A stretch of 61,173 bases of DNA from Candidatus Micrarchaeota archaeon (GCA_016212505.1 JACRGB010000046.1:1-61173); one strand, 5' to 3'. Counted from the first letter of the stretch, positions 28,279 to 37,779 are shown. The notes: generated from the letters alone by a model not told the origin. Made by a program: numbers and translations.

Positions 28279-28809
28279 TTACTTAACTTTGTTCTTTTTG
28301 TCCTTTTTCGCAACAAACGAATTTGCAAGCGGCTCGCTTGCGAAGTAGCCGATATCAAATATCAGTATCCCAATGAGAAAATCGATCCGTCCAAATAATA
28401 TAAATGGCACTGCACTAAGCGGAAGAAGCGGGCGGTAGGTGGAAATAAACTCAAACTTGCCAACGTATTCGATCTCATCCAAAAATGCGAAAATAAGGAA
28501 ATAGCCGAATAGTGCAATATCGATAGCTGGAAAACCGAATGCAAAAAGGCAAACTGCTGCGACAACATAACCTAGGAGATGGGAATTTTTATCTACTTTG
28601 CCTGCAAATACCTGCGCGATAAGTGCGGCAAGGAAAAGAACGGAAAACGTTGCTACGCTTATAGTATAACCAAGAAGCACCCCATATAAAATGGCAAAAA
28701 CATATTTGATCGGATGGTTGCTTTTTCGCTCATCCTCTAGCCAGTCGGTAATTTTTACTGCTAGGCCCGCCAAAAACGCGAGAAGGTACTCGATTAGCAA
28801 AGGCAACAT
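28279..28809 (-). CDS. Multi-pass membrane hypothetical protein
   Basis: 176 aa, about 6 hydrophobic segments. Confidence 0.75.
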   Translation of the reverse strand: MLPLLIEYLLAFLAGLAVKITDWLEDERKSNHPIKYVFAILYGVLLGYTISVATFSVLFLAALIAQVFAGKVDKNSHLLGYVVAAVCLFAFGFPAIDIALFGYFLIFAFLDEIEYVGKFEFISTYRPLLPLSAVPFILFGRIDFLIGILIFDIGYFASEPLANSFVAKKDKKNKVK

Positions 28810-28864
28810 AAACTAGGTACACTAGCAGGCCTTTTAAATCTAGTGTTATAAAAGGCATAAGTAT

Positions 28865-29854
28865 ATGCAATATCAGGCTCAAAAAGCAACCTCACCGATA
28901 AGTACCCTACAATTTAATGCCCGAGTACTCAATGCAAGGGATTTTGGGTTATTAGGCACAACTGATGGGATGATCGCAGCGATAAGAAAATTTCTTGCAA
29001 TAAATGAGCCTGAAAGGGCCCGAATTATTAAAATGGCCGTGACGTCCAAAGTAATAGAGGATGAGCACCCGTTTTCATACCGGTCGCTTTCATTCAAATT
29101 AGGTGCAATGGAAAAACTTCACGCGCTTCTTAGGCAAAATGGCCTACCATTACTTCCTAACCCCAGGACAATGAATAGTGGCGAGGAGAGCACCGAATGC
29201 ACATTTGAGGGAAATACATACATATTCAGTGAACCATTCGGATCAACAGGCAATTATTGTGCAACCTTTAGTGCCGCCTATGGAATAGAAGAAGATCAGG
29301 GGCTTCAAGTTCATGCAGTTTTTAATGGGGATAAGAATGAACAGGTGGTTGCTTCTGAAAAAGCAGCCGCAATGGTTGAATTTGCATGCAAGCTTGGATT
29401 AACTTATGATGTTAAGCACCTGATGTTGATCTTAGATGGGATGGATTTTGAGCTTAAGAGGATGAAGTTATGGGCCGAAGCGGCAATAATTAGCAGGTTT
29501 GGCAAAAAAGTCATATTAGTTGCTGCAGGAAATCTGCCAGTTTTGCTAGTTCGGGGGCGGGATTTGGGTATGCTCACTCAAATGACGCATCCACTTGGCC
29601 AGGTAAATGGTGATAAAGATCATTTTGGAAAAATGATAGAGGTTCAGGAAAAAGACGCCATTGTACTTGCGAGCAGAGGTTTTGTGAGGATGGGTGATGA
29701 GGAAGCAGTAGCAGATAAAATAGCCAGAAGGGTTAGCAAAGGATCAAGTATGATGGGTTTTGGTGGAGGATGGCTCCTAACGCGCGGGCAACTTATCGAA
29801 CGAAAACTTGATGAAGGATCCGGGGACGCGACAACAATAATCAGCTTCTTTTAA
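28865..29854 (+). CDS. Degenerate PPM/PP2C-like protein
   Basis: VHAVFNG, LVAAGNLPVLLVRG, IVLASRGF and GDATTII align by eye with PP2C motifs (aVxDG, vanvGDsr, llcSDGl, DNxTvi), but with Asp changed to Asn/Arg. Confidence 0.55.
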   Translation: MQYQAQKATSPISTLQFNARVLNARDFGLLGTTDGMIAAIRKFLAINEPERARIIKMAVTSKVIEDEHPFSYRSLSFKLGAMEKLHALLRQNGLPLLPNPRTMNSGEESTECTFEGNTYIFSEPFGSTGNYCATFSAAYGIEEDQGLQVHAVFNGDKNEQVVASEKAAAMVEFACKLGLTYDVKHLMLILDGMDFELKRMKLWAEAAIISRFGKKVILVAAGNLPVLLVRGRDLGMLTQMTHPLGQVNGDKDHFGKMIEVQEKDAIVLASRGFVRMGDEEAVADKIARRVSKGSSMMGFGGGWLLTRGQLIERKLDEGSGDATTIISFF

Positions 29855-30738
29855 GATTTGAACCCGGAGAGCCTGGATAAAATCAGTGGAAATGCAATCG
29901 TTGCATCGCAATCTACAGTAACGAATTTTGATTCTTCTTTTAGTTTTCCCCAGGAAATTGCTTCTTGTGTCCTGGCACCACTCAAACTACCATCCCAGGG
30001 ACCTGAGGTTGTAACATAGACAGCATAATCCAATCCGCCCCGTAGTATGTTAACAGCAATTGTATGGTGTTTTGATATTCCACCGCCCAAAACAATCGCG
30101 GCGGTCTTATCAGCATTAAGCACCAGCTGCGCCAGATCATTCATGTCTTTTGTGACATCAATGCCAAAATCTTTTTTCTTCTGCTTGAAAAAATAAGCCT
30201 GCAAGCCAATTGCCGAGTCGGTTATTCCGGGGCAGAAAACCGGAATCTTGTTTTTGTTAGCCCAATACAAGAATGAGTCGGATTTTGTTTTTTCGCCAAT
30301 TTTTCTTGCAATCTGGGAGGGCGATAGGATTTTTTCTTTTTCATAAAGTTCGGAAAATACATCCTGCATGAATTCTTCCAGATAAACATAGCATTCATTT
30401 GGAACCAGAATATTTCCTATTCTGTTCATGCTTTTTTGATGGAGAGCCTTATCATCCATCATAAAGTCTCCAAGCCCGTATTTCTTAGCAGATTTAATCA
30501 GGTCATGATCCAAACTTCCGCCAGCAGTTATTATGCAATCGATGAATTTTTCCTTGCATAATTCAGCAAAAAGGCCACGCAAGCCGGACGCAACCATATT
30601 CGAAGTAAACGAGAGGAAAATTGTTGCTTTTTCCTTTTTCATTTTCTTTATTATTTCAACTGCCCGTGATATTTGGGTTGCCTGGAAGCCGGTTGAGGTA
30701 AAGTCGAAATCTCCAGTTGATAAGTCCTTTATATTCAT
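29851..30738 (-). CDS. dys: Deoxyhypusine synthase
   Basis: GFQA, FTSNMVASG, RIGNILVP, GGGISKH, DGSLSGARTQEAISWGK. Confidence 0.95.
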   Translation of the reverse strand: MNIKDLSTGDFDFTSTGFQATQISRAVEIIKKMKKEKATIFLSFTSNMVASGLRGLFAELCKEKFIDCIITAGGSLDHDLIKSAKKYGLGDFMMDDKALHQKSMNRIGNILVPNECYVYLEEFMQDVFSELYEKEKILSPSQIARKIGEKTKSDSFLYWANKNKIPVFCPGITDSAIGLQAYFFKQKKKDFGIDVTKDMNDLAQLVLNADKTAAIVLGGGISKHHTIAVNILRGGLDYAVYVTTSGPWDGSLSGARTQEAISWGKLKEESKFVTVDCDATIAFPLILSRLSGFKS

Positions 30739-30778
30739 GAATTCACGTTGAACTAATATGACAATGAATTATTAATAC

Positions 30779-30799
30779 TTTGTATACAAAGTATACAAA
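30779..30799. promoter_or_regulatory. Candidate toxin-antitoxin autorepression operator
   Basis: Perfect palindrome TTTGTATACAAA (30779-30790) followed by a second GTATACAAA, directly before the antitoxin ATG at 30801. Confidence 0.6.
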
Positions 30800-30800
30800 C

Positions 30801-31034
30801 ATGGGAAAAACACTCAGGGTTTCTGAAGATACTTATGCATTGGTAATGGCTGCAGTAGGACAATCCCAGATAGAAAAGAGAAAAAAAGTCAGTGTGGATG
30901 AAGTGCTTAAGGAACATTTTTTAGAAGGAAGATTAAAATTCAAAAAAGACCCTAAAGCATGGGAAAAACTTGAAAAAATGATTTTTAAAGGCCCGAAAAA
31001 TATTGATTGCCTAGAAATTGATTTGCATCAGTGA
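30801..31034 (+). CDS. vapB: Antitoxin (VapB-like, RHH/CopG type)
   Basis: MGKTLRVSEDTYALV..SVDEVL; precedes a PIN gene. Confidence 0.8.
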   Translation: MGKTLRVSEDTYALVMAAVGQSQIEKRKKVSVDEVLKEHFLEGRLKFKKDPKAWEKLEKMIFKGPKNIDCLEIDLHQ

Positions 31035-31038
31035 GAGC

Positions 31039-31437
31039 ATGGTTCTTGTAGATTCCAATGTTTGGATTGGGTATTTCAATAGCAATGACAGACACCATGA
31101 AAAAGCCCTGCAAATTATTAGTTCTTTTCGAACAAATGGCGATAGGGAGATATACATAACTTCAGGAATCATCCATGAAGTGATAAATCATTTATTTAAG
31201 ATAAAGGGAAGCCAATTTGCACGAAAAACTTTAGAAACGGTTCTTAGCCTCCCGAATTTGCGTATTTTATTTTTGAGCGATAGTTTATGGCAAAGAACAA
31301 TTGAAAATTTCAACTTATATGAGATGGGGTTAACAGACGCACAGATTGTCTCAGTAATGGAAGAAAAAAAGGAAACCATACTTTATTCTTTTGATGGCCA
31401 TTTTGATCAGGTAAAATGGATTAAACGGGTTTTTTAA
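31039..31437 (+). CDS. vapC: PIN-domain toxin
   Basis: VLVDSNVWI, IHEVINHL, LTDAQIV, SFDGHF. Confidence 0.92.
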   Translation: MVLVDSNVWIGYFNSNDRHHEKALQIISSFRTNGDREIYITSGIIHEVINHLFKIKGSQFARKTLETVLSLPNLRILFLSDSLWQRTIENFNLYEMGLTDAQIVSVMEEKKETILYSFDGHFDQVKWIKRVF

Positions 31438-31946
31438 TCTAAAGTAACTCCATCTGCCCTAAGTTCGTTAGCTGCTTGAGCAGTTAATGGTTGAAAGTTT
31501 CTATCCTGATTTAGATCTACAAGTTTTCCAACTCTTTCCAAGGAATTTAGGAATTTATTTCTAGCTGAAAAATAAATATAAAGTTCACCAAGTGAAGAAA
31601 ATATAGTAGCTGCAAGAAAAGCAAGGGCGGTCTGCCCTATTGATCGGTAAGTTTGAGTGGCTATTGTAATCCAGGACAGAAGTCCGGTCATTACAATCGA
31701 TTCTGCAAGAGGAGTTATTGTCATATGGAGATAGAATGGAATGCCCGAGGTCCTGCTTATAGAGGCAAGAGTAAAAGCATCTAAATTTTCATTATAAATG
31801 CCAAGCATTAGTGCGGCATGCTGGGCTCTTGGAGTAAGTGCCGGAACAAGATTCCCGAATCTATCTTCCTGCAAAATTGAGTGATGTTTTACTAAAAGGT
31901 CATGCATGCGTTTTGAAGAAGCACCAGAAAACAGGCGAAATTTCAT
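31434..31946 (-). CDS. Hypothetical membrane protein (ORFan)
   Basis: 170 aa with two TM helices. Confidence 0.6.
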   Translation of the reverse strand: MKFRLFSGASSKRMHDLLVKHHSILQEDRFGNLVPALTPRAQHAALMLGIYNENLDAFTLASISRTSGIPFYLHMTITPLAESIVMTGLLSWITIATQTYRSIGQTALAFLAATIFSSLGELYIYFSARNKFLNSLERVGKLVDLNQDRNFQPLTAQAANELRADGVTLD

Positions 31947-31968
31947 TTTAACAACTCATTTTAGCAGC

Positions 31969-33060
31969 TCATTTCCCCAGTCTTTCAAGGACTGCTTTTA
32001 CAATCATTGGCCAGGCAATTGTTGCATCATCGAAAACTTCGACATACTTGCCACCTTCATTTTGCGGGACGATTTTACCCCAGCTCACTCCTTCGCTGTA
32101 GGTGCAACCGGATAATCCGCCCCAGTGAACAGGCTCTGGACAAATCCTAACTGCATAGGAATATCTTTTGAAATCGCCGCCATGGCCTATCCGGCTGTTG
32201 ATCAGGTCAAGATAGCAAGCACCTTGCTGGGCCCAATTTCTTGGAACGCCACCGCCAATTGTAAAGATACCGAGTTTTTTCGCGCTTCGCACCCGCTCGG
32301 TAAAGTGTTCTAAATCATAAAATGGGTTGAACATCAGGGGTTTTTTGCCTGATTCGACCCGTCTCCGATTATGTAGTGCCACATCCAAACCAACTTCTGA
32401 ATCAGTAAATGCAGGAATGTAAACAGGCACCTTTTTTTCATAGGCTGATTTGAGGATCCCCCTGCCTTTTGTTTTTTTAGCCAGATATTCTCCAAGAAGA
32501 TGGTTGATTTTTTGGCTGTATAAGACTTCATCATCCTTTGCCTTATCCAGAACCTCATCAACGATAAAAGATACATCATCCAGGTTTTTTTCTAATTCAA
32601 GCGTATCATAAACCCGATCGTACCCTTTTTCATAAAGCTCCTCATCTTCCATGTTCCAGGTATATTTGAAATGCCGCATTCCAACCGATTCGACAAATCC
32701 GTGTGCCTGGAGCGCGCCGGTACTGACAATTGCGTCAATTAGCCCATGGTCCATCATATCGCAGATGACCAAGCCCATTTTCGCAATGGTCATGGCACCA
32801 GAGAGTGTCAGGACCTTGAAACAATCCTTATCTTTTACCATTGCCTCAAGCACATCAGCTGCTTCACCAACATTTCGGGCTCCAAAAGCGCAGTTTTTCA
32901 TTCCCTTGACTAAATCGTCGACGGTTTTTACTTTGGATAAGTCCAATGGCTCTAACGGTTCGTAATGGTCCGAGTATCCAGTACCGAGCTGGCCGTGTTT
33001 TCGCTTATTTTCATCAGGATTATTTTGCATTTTTTCATGCGAATGATGTTTGTCTTTCAT
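31969..33060 (-). CDS. Deoxyhypusine synthase family protein (second paralogue)
   Basis: FGARNVGEA, TLSGAM, RVYD, PAFTDS, GGGVPRNW, WGGLSGCTYSEGVSWGK. Confidence 0.92.
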   Translation of the reverse strand: MKDKHHSHEKMQNNPDENKRKHGQLGTGYSDHYEPLEPLDLSKVKTVDDLVKGMKNCAFGARNVGEAADVLEAMVKDKDCFKVLTLSGAMTIAKMGLVICDMMDHGLIDAIVSTGALQAHGFVESVGMRHFKYTWNMEDEELYEKGYDRVYDTLELEKNLDDVSFIVDEVLDKAKDDEVLYSQKINHLLGEYLAKKTKGRGILKSAYEKKVPVYIPAFTDSEVGLDVALHNRRRVESGKKPLMFNPFYDLEHFTERVRSAKKLGIFTIGGGVPRNWAQQGACYLDLINSRIGHGGDFKRYSYAVRICPEPVHWGGLSGCTYSEGVSWGKIVPQNEGGKYVEVFDDATIAWPMIVKAVLERLGK

Positions 33061-33815
33061 TTTTCATTTCCCTCCTTAGTATAGAGATGGCTAAGACTTT
33101 CGGCAAGCATTTCAGCCAAATCGCTCGCAGAGAAATTATAGCCATATTTCTTCATAAGCATATTGCCTGCATTGCCATTTACTTTTGCAGCGGCAACAGC
33201 AGCATTGAAGGAAGAATTTTTGCAGCAGAGTGCAGCCACAAGGCCAGATAAAACATCTCCGGTTCCGCCTTTTGTCATGCCCTGATTATGGGTTTTGTTG
33301 GTTTTGAGTTTTGACCCATCGCTGATAATATCTATTGGACCTTTTTTCAGAATAATACAATTATTTTTCTTTGCCGCATCCTGAACATTGCGCTTGGTTC
33401 CATCAGCACCAAACAAAAATTTGAACTCGCCTTCGTGCGGGGTAAGGATTGAGTTTTTGGGGATGTTTCCCTTAATTAATTTCAAACCGTCGCCATCAAT
33501 TACGAGTTTTTTAGCATTCCTTAATCGGGCAATGTCAAATTTGGCATCACTAAGACCAATTCCAAACAAAACGCAGTCGCATTCAGCTAATTTTTCAAAA
33601 TCATTAACAACAATAACTTCTGGGATGTTTTTTACTGCACTAATAAGGTATGGATCGGCTTCTGCAGGATAAAAGTAAAGTAAGTCAACAAACCTTCTTG
33701 CAGCAAGCAAAGAAAAAATCGGGGCTCCGTGATATTTTTTGCTTCCTCCAATTACAAATAACTTGCCGTTTTGCCCCTTATGGGAATTTTTTGGAGGGGA
33801 ATAAAGTTTAAGCAT
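33057..33815 (-). CDS. nnrD: NAD(P)H-hydrate dehydratase
   Basis: SHKGQNGKLFVIGGS, IDGDGL, LTPHEGEF, KGGTGDVLSG. Confidence 0.92.
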   Translation of the reverse strand: MLKLYSPPKNSHKGQNGKLFVIGGSKKYHGAPIFSLLAARRFVDLLYFYPAEADPYLISAVKNIPEVIVVNDFEKLAECDCVLFGIGLSDAKFDIARLRNAKKLVIDGDGLKLIKGNIPKNSILTPHEGEFKFLFGADGTKRNVQDAAKKNNCIILKKGPIDIISDGSKLKTNKTHNQGMTKGGTGDVLSGLVAALCCKNSSFNAAVAAAKVNGNAGNMLMKKYGYNFSASDLAEMLAESLSHLYTKEGNEK

Positions 33816-33845
33816 AAGAAATACTCCCCGAACAAGCTTAAAAAA

Positions 33846-34856
33846 CTAGAGATTAAGATGGGTTATCGGTTCTTCGGTTTTGGAATTTGTAATTGGCACA
33901 GTTTCAATTATCCTGCCTAAAACAGAAGTTTGAAAGGCTGAATAGGCCTTTTCAGGAGTAAACGACTTTCTTTTTGCAAGATTGCCAAGCTGATCCTTAA
34001 GCGCCCTAAGCCGCTCGATGGATTCCTTAGCGCTTTCAGTGTTTCGGTAAAGGGTTAGCGGACAACCGCTTGGGGCAGGGTTTCCTACAACTAAAAGATG
34101 AAGTATCGGCCTTTCACCAAGAAGAATTCTCGCCTGGATCTGGGCCTCTTCTTCGCTCATTTTGATTAAAGCGTCCAAAGTAGGCAGATTATGGGGCCAG
34201 GTCGCCCTCCGGTACAGTAAATAATTATCCACGTCAAATAATTGAGGTGCAGTTGGGATACCAACTAGCAGATTTATCTTTGCATGGACAATATTGAGGA
34301 TAGGCAAGGAAGAGACCTTTCCGCTCTGATGAAAGGCAAGAACGCCTGCGCCAAGCAACGGAAAAGTGCCTACTAATTGGTTTGTTCTCCAGTACCTGGC
34401 AACTAATTGTGTGAGAAGGCCATTCTCTACGTTTGCATTTCTCACATCACCACTAGAAGGCAGGGTCGCTGAAAAAGCGCCCCAATCCCTCAGTTCAACA
34501 AGTCGGTTATGTTCCAAGTCAATAAACTTTTGTTCTTTTAGAATCATTACCACCCCTATTGGCATAGTGGCAGAATTAGTTCCAACTCGCTTAAGGCCCG
34601 CATTAGTAGTAAAATCATCTACCCAGGATTCTTTTTCTGTAAGGGGAGGACATCCCTCCAAATTCCAAACCCAGACAAAAGAGTGCCTGCCGGCAATATC
34701 CAAACCCATAACTTCTCCGGGTTGAATATGTCCTTTTGACGCTCTTTTAAGATCGGACGCTATATAATCTATTGCAATAGGAGGAAGCGAAAATTTAGAT
34801 GGACGAGTGACCATTGCTGGTGCTGATGCTGCAATAACTTTTCCCTGCGGATTCAT
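33846..34856 (-). CDS. Hypothetical protein (ORFan)
   Basis: 336-aa ORF; no motif recognised. Confidence 0.7.
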   Translation of the reverse strand: MNPQGKVIAASAPAMVTRPSKFSLPPIAIDYIASDLKRASKGHIQPGEVMGLDIAGRHSFVWVWNLEGCPPLTEKESWVDDFTTNAGLKRVGTNSATMPIGVVMILKEQKFIDLEHNRLVELRDWGAFSATLPSSGDVRNANVENGLLTQLVARYWRTNQLVGTFPLLGAGVLAFHQSGKVSSLPILNIVHAKINLLVGIPTAPQLFDVDNYLLYRRATWPHNLPTLDALIKMSEEEAQIQARILLGERPILHLLVVGNPAPSGCPLTLYRNTESAKESIERLRALKDQLGNLAKRKSFTPEKAYSAFQTSVLGRIIETVPITNSKTEEPITHLNL

Positions 34857-34880
34857 GTTGCAAATATTGTATAAAAGCGT

Positions 34881-35723
34881 TTAAAAGTATTTCCTTATCT
34901 CCTTATTGAGTTTTTCTGCTTCTTTTAATGCAGCAGCTGCAGGGTTTCCGCCTGCTTTCCGGTACGCATAAGCAATTGAAGAGGATGCGTTTATTCTATG
35001 AGTTGCGAAATCCGGTCCTTTCAAAGCCTGAAGGACCAGTTCAAGGTCACCGCCTTGCGAGCCAACTCCGGGAATTAGCATTGGTAATTTTCCCTTAGTG
35101 ATTCCCATCACCCGTTTTATGGAATCATCAGTTGCGCCAACAACCAATCCGACAGAGCCGTTATTTTTATTTGACCAGTCCAGGGTTTTTTCGGCAACCA
35201 GTTCATAAACAAATTTTGCATTTTTACCAGACCCAACTTTTAACTTTTGGAAATCGTTAGAACTTTCATTTGATGTTTTGCATAGCACATATGCGAGTTT
35301 GCCTTCTCTCAAGAAAGGGGTAACAGAATCCGTTCCCATATAAGGACTGATAGTGGTTGCATCAGCACCCCAAAAGTCATAAATCTCTTTTGCATAAGCC
35401 TCGCTGGTTTTACCAATGTCCCCTCGTTTACCATCAAGAATAATCGGAATTTTCTTTGAATAGTCCTGGAAGAGATCCTCTAATACGAACAGGCCGTCAA
35501 AACCATATTGGGCAAAGAAAGCGTAATTGGGTTTTAACGCGCTAATCGCATTTTCATCAAGAAGCTTATCGATAATATTGTGGAAGAAAGGGCCAATTGT
35601 TTTGTCAACAATACTCCCACTTGGCATTGCAGGCTGGACCTTGATTAAATCCGGATCTACCCCAAAACAGAGGATAGTTTTGTTTTCCTCTGCAGTTTTA
35701 ACAAGACGATCGATAGTGTTCAT
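34881..35723 (-). CDS. pyrF: Orotidine-5'-phosphate decarboxylase
   Basis: CFGVDP, KPNYAFF, ILDGKRGDIGKT, SPYMG, LCKTSN, VVGAT, LIPGVGSQGG, INASS. Confidence 0.95.
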   Translation of the reverse strand: MNTIDRLVKTAEENKTILCFGVDPDLIKVQPAMPSGSIVDKTIGPFFHNIIDKLLDENAISALKPNYAFFAQYGFDGLFVLEDLFQDYSKKIPIILDGKRGDIGKTSEAYAKEIYDFWGADATTISPYMGTDSVTPFLREGKLAYVLCKTSNESSNDFQKLKVGSGKNAKFVYELVAEKTLDWSNKNNGSVGLVVGATDDSIKRVMGITKGKLPMLIPGVGSQGGDLELVLQALKGPDFATHRINASSSIAYAYRKAGGNPAAAALKEAEKLNKEIRKYF

Positions 35724-35838
35724 AAATTATACTAAGGCACCAATAGATTTAATGATTTTGAACACTTTGAAATAACGAAAAAGTGATAAAATATGAAATA
35801 AAATAGGCTTAAAATGTTTTCCTGAGATAATACTGTTC

Positions 35839-36534
35839 ATGCTTCAGCGAATTCCTGCAATAGTTACTCTGTCTAGTTTGGGAAAACATACTCCAATAAA
35901 GGTGGCCATAGACCGATGTAGAGCACAAAATAGGCCAGCGATCGATGCGATAGTTGGACAGACAAAAACAATCCCTGCACCTTCAAGGCGACTGCCATTT
36001 GCAGACTTGCCTCCAAAAATGATAAACGGGCCAATGAGTAGTTTCAGAATTCTCCCAGTGCCTGAAGAAGAAATTACACTTTTTGGCAAAGAAGTTGGAA
36101 AGGTTTGGGATCGAACAGCAATCGGGGAAAGAAGAACTTATGGCTTAAGCGGCGCATTATTGATACCTGGTTCTGATATTAGCAACATGTTTTCCTTAAG
36201 GAGAATTGGGGTGAATCTGGGAAGCCTTCTTGCTGAGATAGAACAAATAGGGGAGGAAAAGCGCGCCCTGGAGATATTATTAAGACTAAAAAGAGGATTA
36301 ATAGGAGGCCATTCTCTACAAACTACGCCAGAAGAAGCATTAGGAGCAATAAGTGAGTTTGTTCGAAGAACCAGAAATGAGTTAGCCAGTAGAGGAGTAA
36401 GTACACTAGGAGCAAACGCGGGATTTCCTGAAGAGGAGATCCGAGGGGCAATGGCACGAGATAGTGGCAAAATATCCACTATCGGAAAAGTCCTCACGGT
36501 AATACTTGCTTTTGGTTTTGCTGATTGTTGGTAG
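35839..36534 (+). CDS. Hypothetical protein (ORFan)
   Basis: 231-aa ORF just upstream of tRNA-Trp. Confidence 0.6.
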   Translation: MLQRIPAIVTLSSLGKHTPIKVAIDRCRAQNRPAIDAIVGQTKTIPAPSRRLPFADLPPKMINGPMSSFRILPVPEEEITLFGKEVGKVWDRTAIGERRTYGLSGALLIPGSDISNMFSLRRIGVNLGSLLAEIEQIGEEKRALEILLRLKRGLIGGHSLQTTPEEALGAISEFVRRTRNELASRGVSTLGANAGFPEEEIRGAMARDSGKISTIGKVLTVILAFGFADCW

Positions 36535-36595
36535 CTTGGTTTTGCTAAAATCTAATTGTTTAATAAAACATCGCAGCATAAAAGGGAAAGTAATT

Positions 36596-36862
36596 GGGGT
36601 TATGGCGTAAGTGTTACCAGTTTTGAGTCTTGAGTTTTGTTTTTACAAAACGAAGCAAAACGGAAAACTCGAAACTGTGCACAGCGTGGCCAGGTAGCGC
36701 GGCAGTCTCCAGATCAACTCTCGCCTAAAACGGCGAGAAATTTAGCCGCGAAAACTGCATGTCGGAGTTCAAAAGAGTTTTCAGTCCTGTGTTTTGAGTC
36801 TTGACGAATCGTTCAAAACCCAAAACGGAAAACTGGAAACGCGGAAGTTCTCCGTGACCCCA
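36596..36862 (+). tRNA. trnW: tRNA-Trp(CCA) with three introns (about 36610-36688, 36713-36752, 36774-36848)
   Basis: Joined exons give 73 nt: GGGGTTATGGCGTA|GCCAGGTAGCGCGGCAGTCTCCAG|AACTGCATGTCGGAGTTCAAA|TCTCCGTGACCCCA. Acceptor GGGGTTA/TGACCCC, D stem GCGT/GCGC, anticodon stem GCAGT/ACTGC, T stem CGGAG/CTCCG. Intron 1 boundary was placed to keep A14; its BHB is weak. Confidence 0.88.
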
Positions 36863-36878
36863 ATTTTTAGGTGAAAAA

Positions 36879-37682
36879 ATGAAAGTTTACATCGGTTTGG
36901 CATTGTTGTTGGTAGTACTTTTCGGATGCAGCCAGCCCGTGAACCCGCAGAATAATACGACTCAGAATAATTCCCAAAATAGTGGGCCAATAGTCGTCGC
37001 ACTTGGCGATAAAGTTTCGGTTGATTATGCTCTTTATGTAGATGGTAAAATCGTGGATACCAACAATTTAACAGTAGCAACCCAAACCGATACGGTCAGC
37101 GCATTCAAAAAATACGAACCATTAGAATTTTTCATGACCTTTGAGAGTAACTTGATTAGCGGGTTTGTGGCAAATATAGTCGGGATGACGGTAAATGAGA
37201 CAAAGAACTTTACGGTAGCACCCACCCTAGGTTACGGGGCTTATGATCCGCAGAAAACTGCCACGATAGGAAGGTATTACCAAAAAAATATGCTTGAAAA
37301 CGTTTCGAGAAAGGAGTTGGAAGCAGCAGGGATCAATACAACCAAAGGAATCTCTTTTAACACTGCCTCTGGAACCGTTTTCATAAATGATGTCGATGAG
37401 AATAACGTTACTTTATTTTACCTTGTTAAAGCTGGGGACGAATTTAACATTGGCGGGGTGCCCCAAAAGGTCATCAGCACAGATAATCTTACGGCAACAA
37501 TAGAATATGCATTTTACTCAAATAGGACATATACAATAGCCGACCCGAATACGGGCGTACAAAGGCAATATCGATTGCTGAATAAAACTAATGATTCGGT
37601 AACGCTTGATTACAACCACCCACTAGCTGGGAAAACGCTGAATTTTGTTGTGACGGTTCTTAGCATACAAAAACAAAAATGA
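36879..37682 (+). CDS. Exported FKBP-type (SlyD-like) peptidyl-prolyl isomerase with long insertion
   Basis: Signal with lipobox-like LFGC; GDKVSVDY, DTN, PTLGYG, LDYNHPLAGKTLNFVVTV. Confidence 0.88.
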   Translation: MKVYIGLALLLVVLFGCSQPVNPQNNTTQNNSQNSGPIVVALGDKVSVDYALYVDGKIVDTNNLTVATQTDTVSAFKKYEPLEFFMTFESNLISGFVANIVGMTVNETKNFTVAPTLGYGAYDPQKTATIGRYYQKNMLENVSRKELEAAGINTTKGISFNTASGTVFINDVDENNVTLFYLVKAGDEFNIGGVPQKVISTDNLTATIEYAFYSNRTYTIADPNTGVQRQYRLLNKTNDSVTLDYNHPLAGKTLNFVVTVLSIQKQK

Positions 37683-37779
37683 GATTAAGATTTTTGCTCT
37701 TATAATTTTCCAAAGTCCAACAGATTTAAAAACTCTGCCATGCACAAATTAATATGAACTTTTTCTCCCGAGTGATGTT

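Noticed and set aside
30780-31437. VapBC as evidence of a provirus or transposon
   Set aside because: No integrase, transposase, capsid genes or att repeats were found nearby; isolated TA pairs are common.
36713-36752. Box C/D guide RNA in the tRNA-Trp anticodon intron
   Set aside because: The intron is only 40 nt and has no TGATGA or CTGA boxes.
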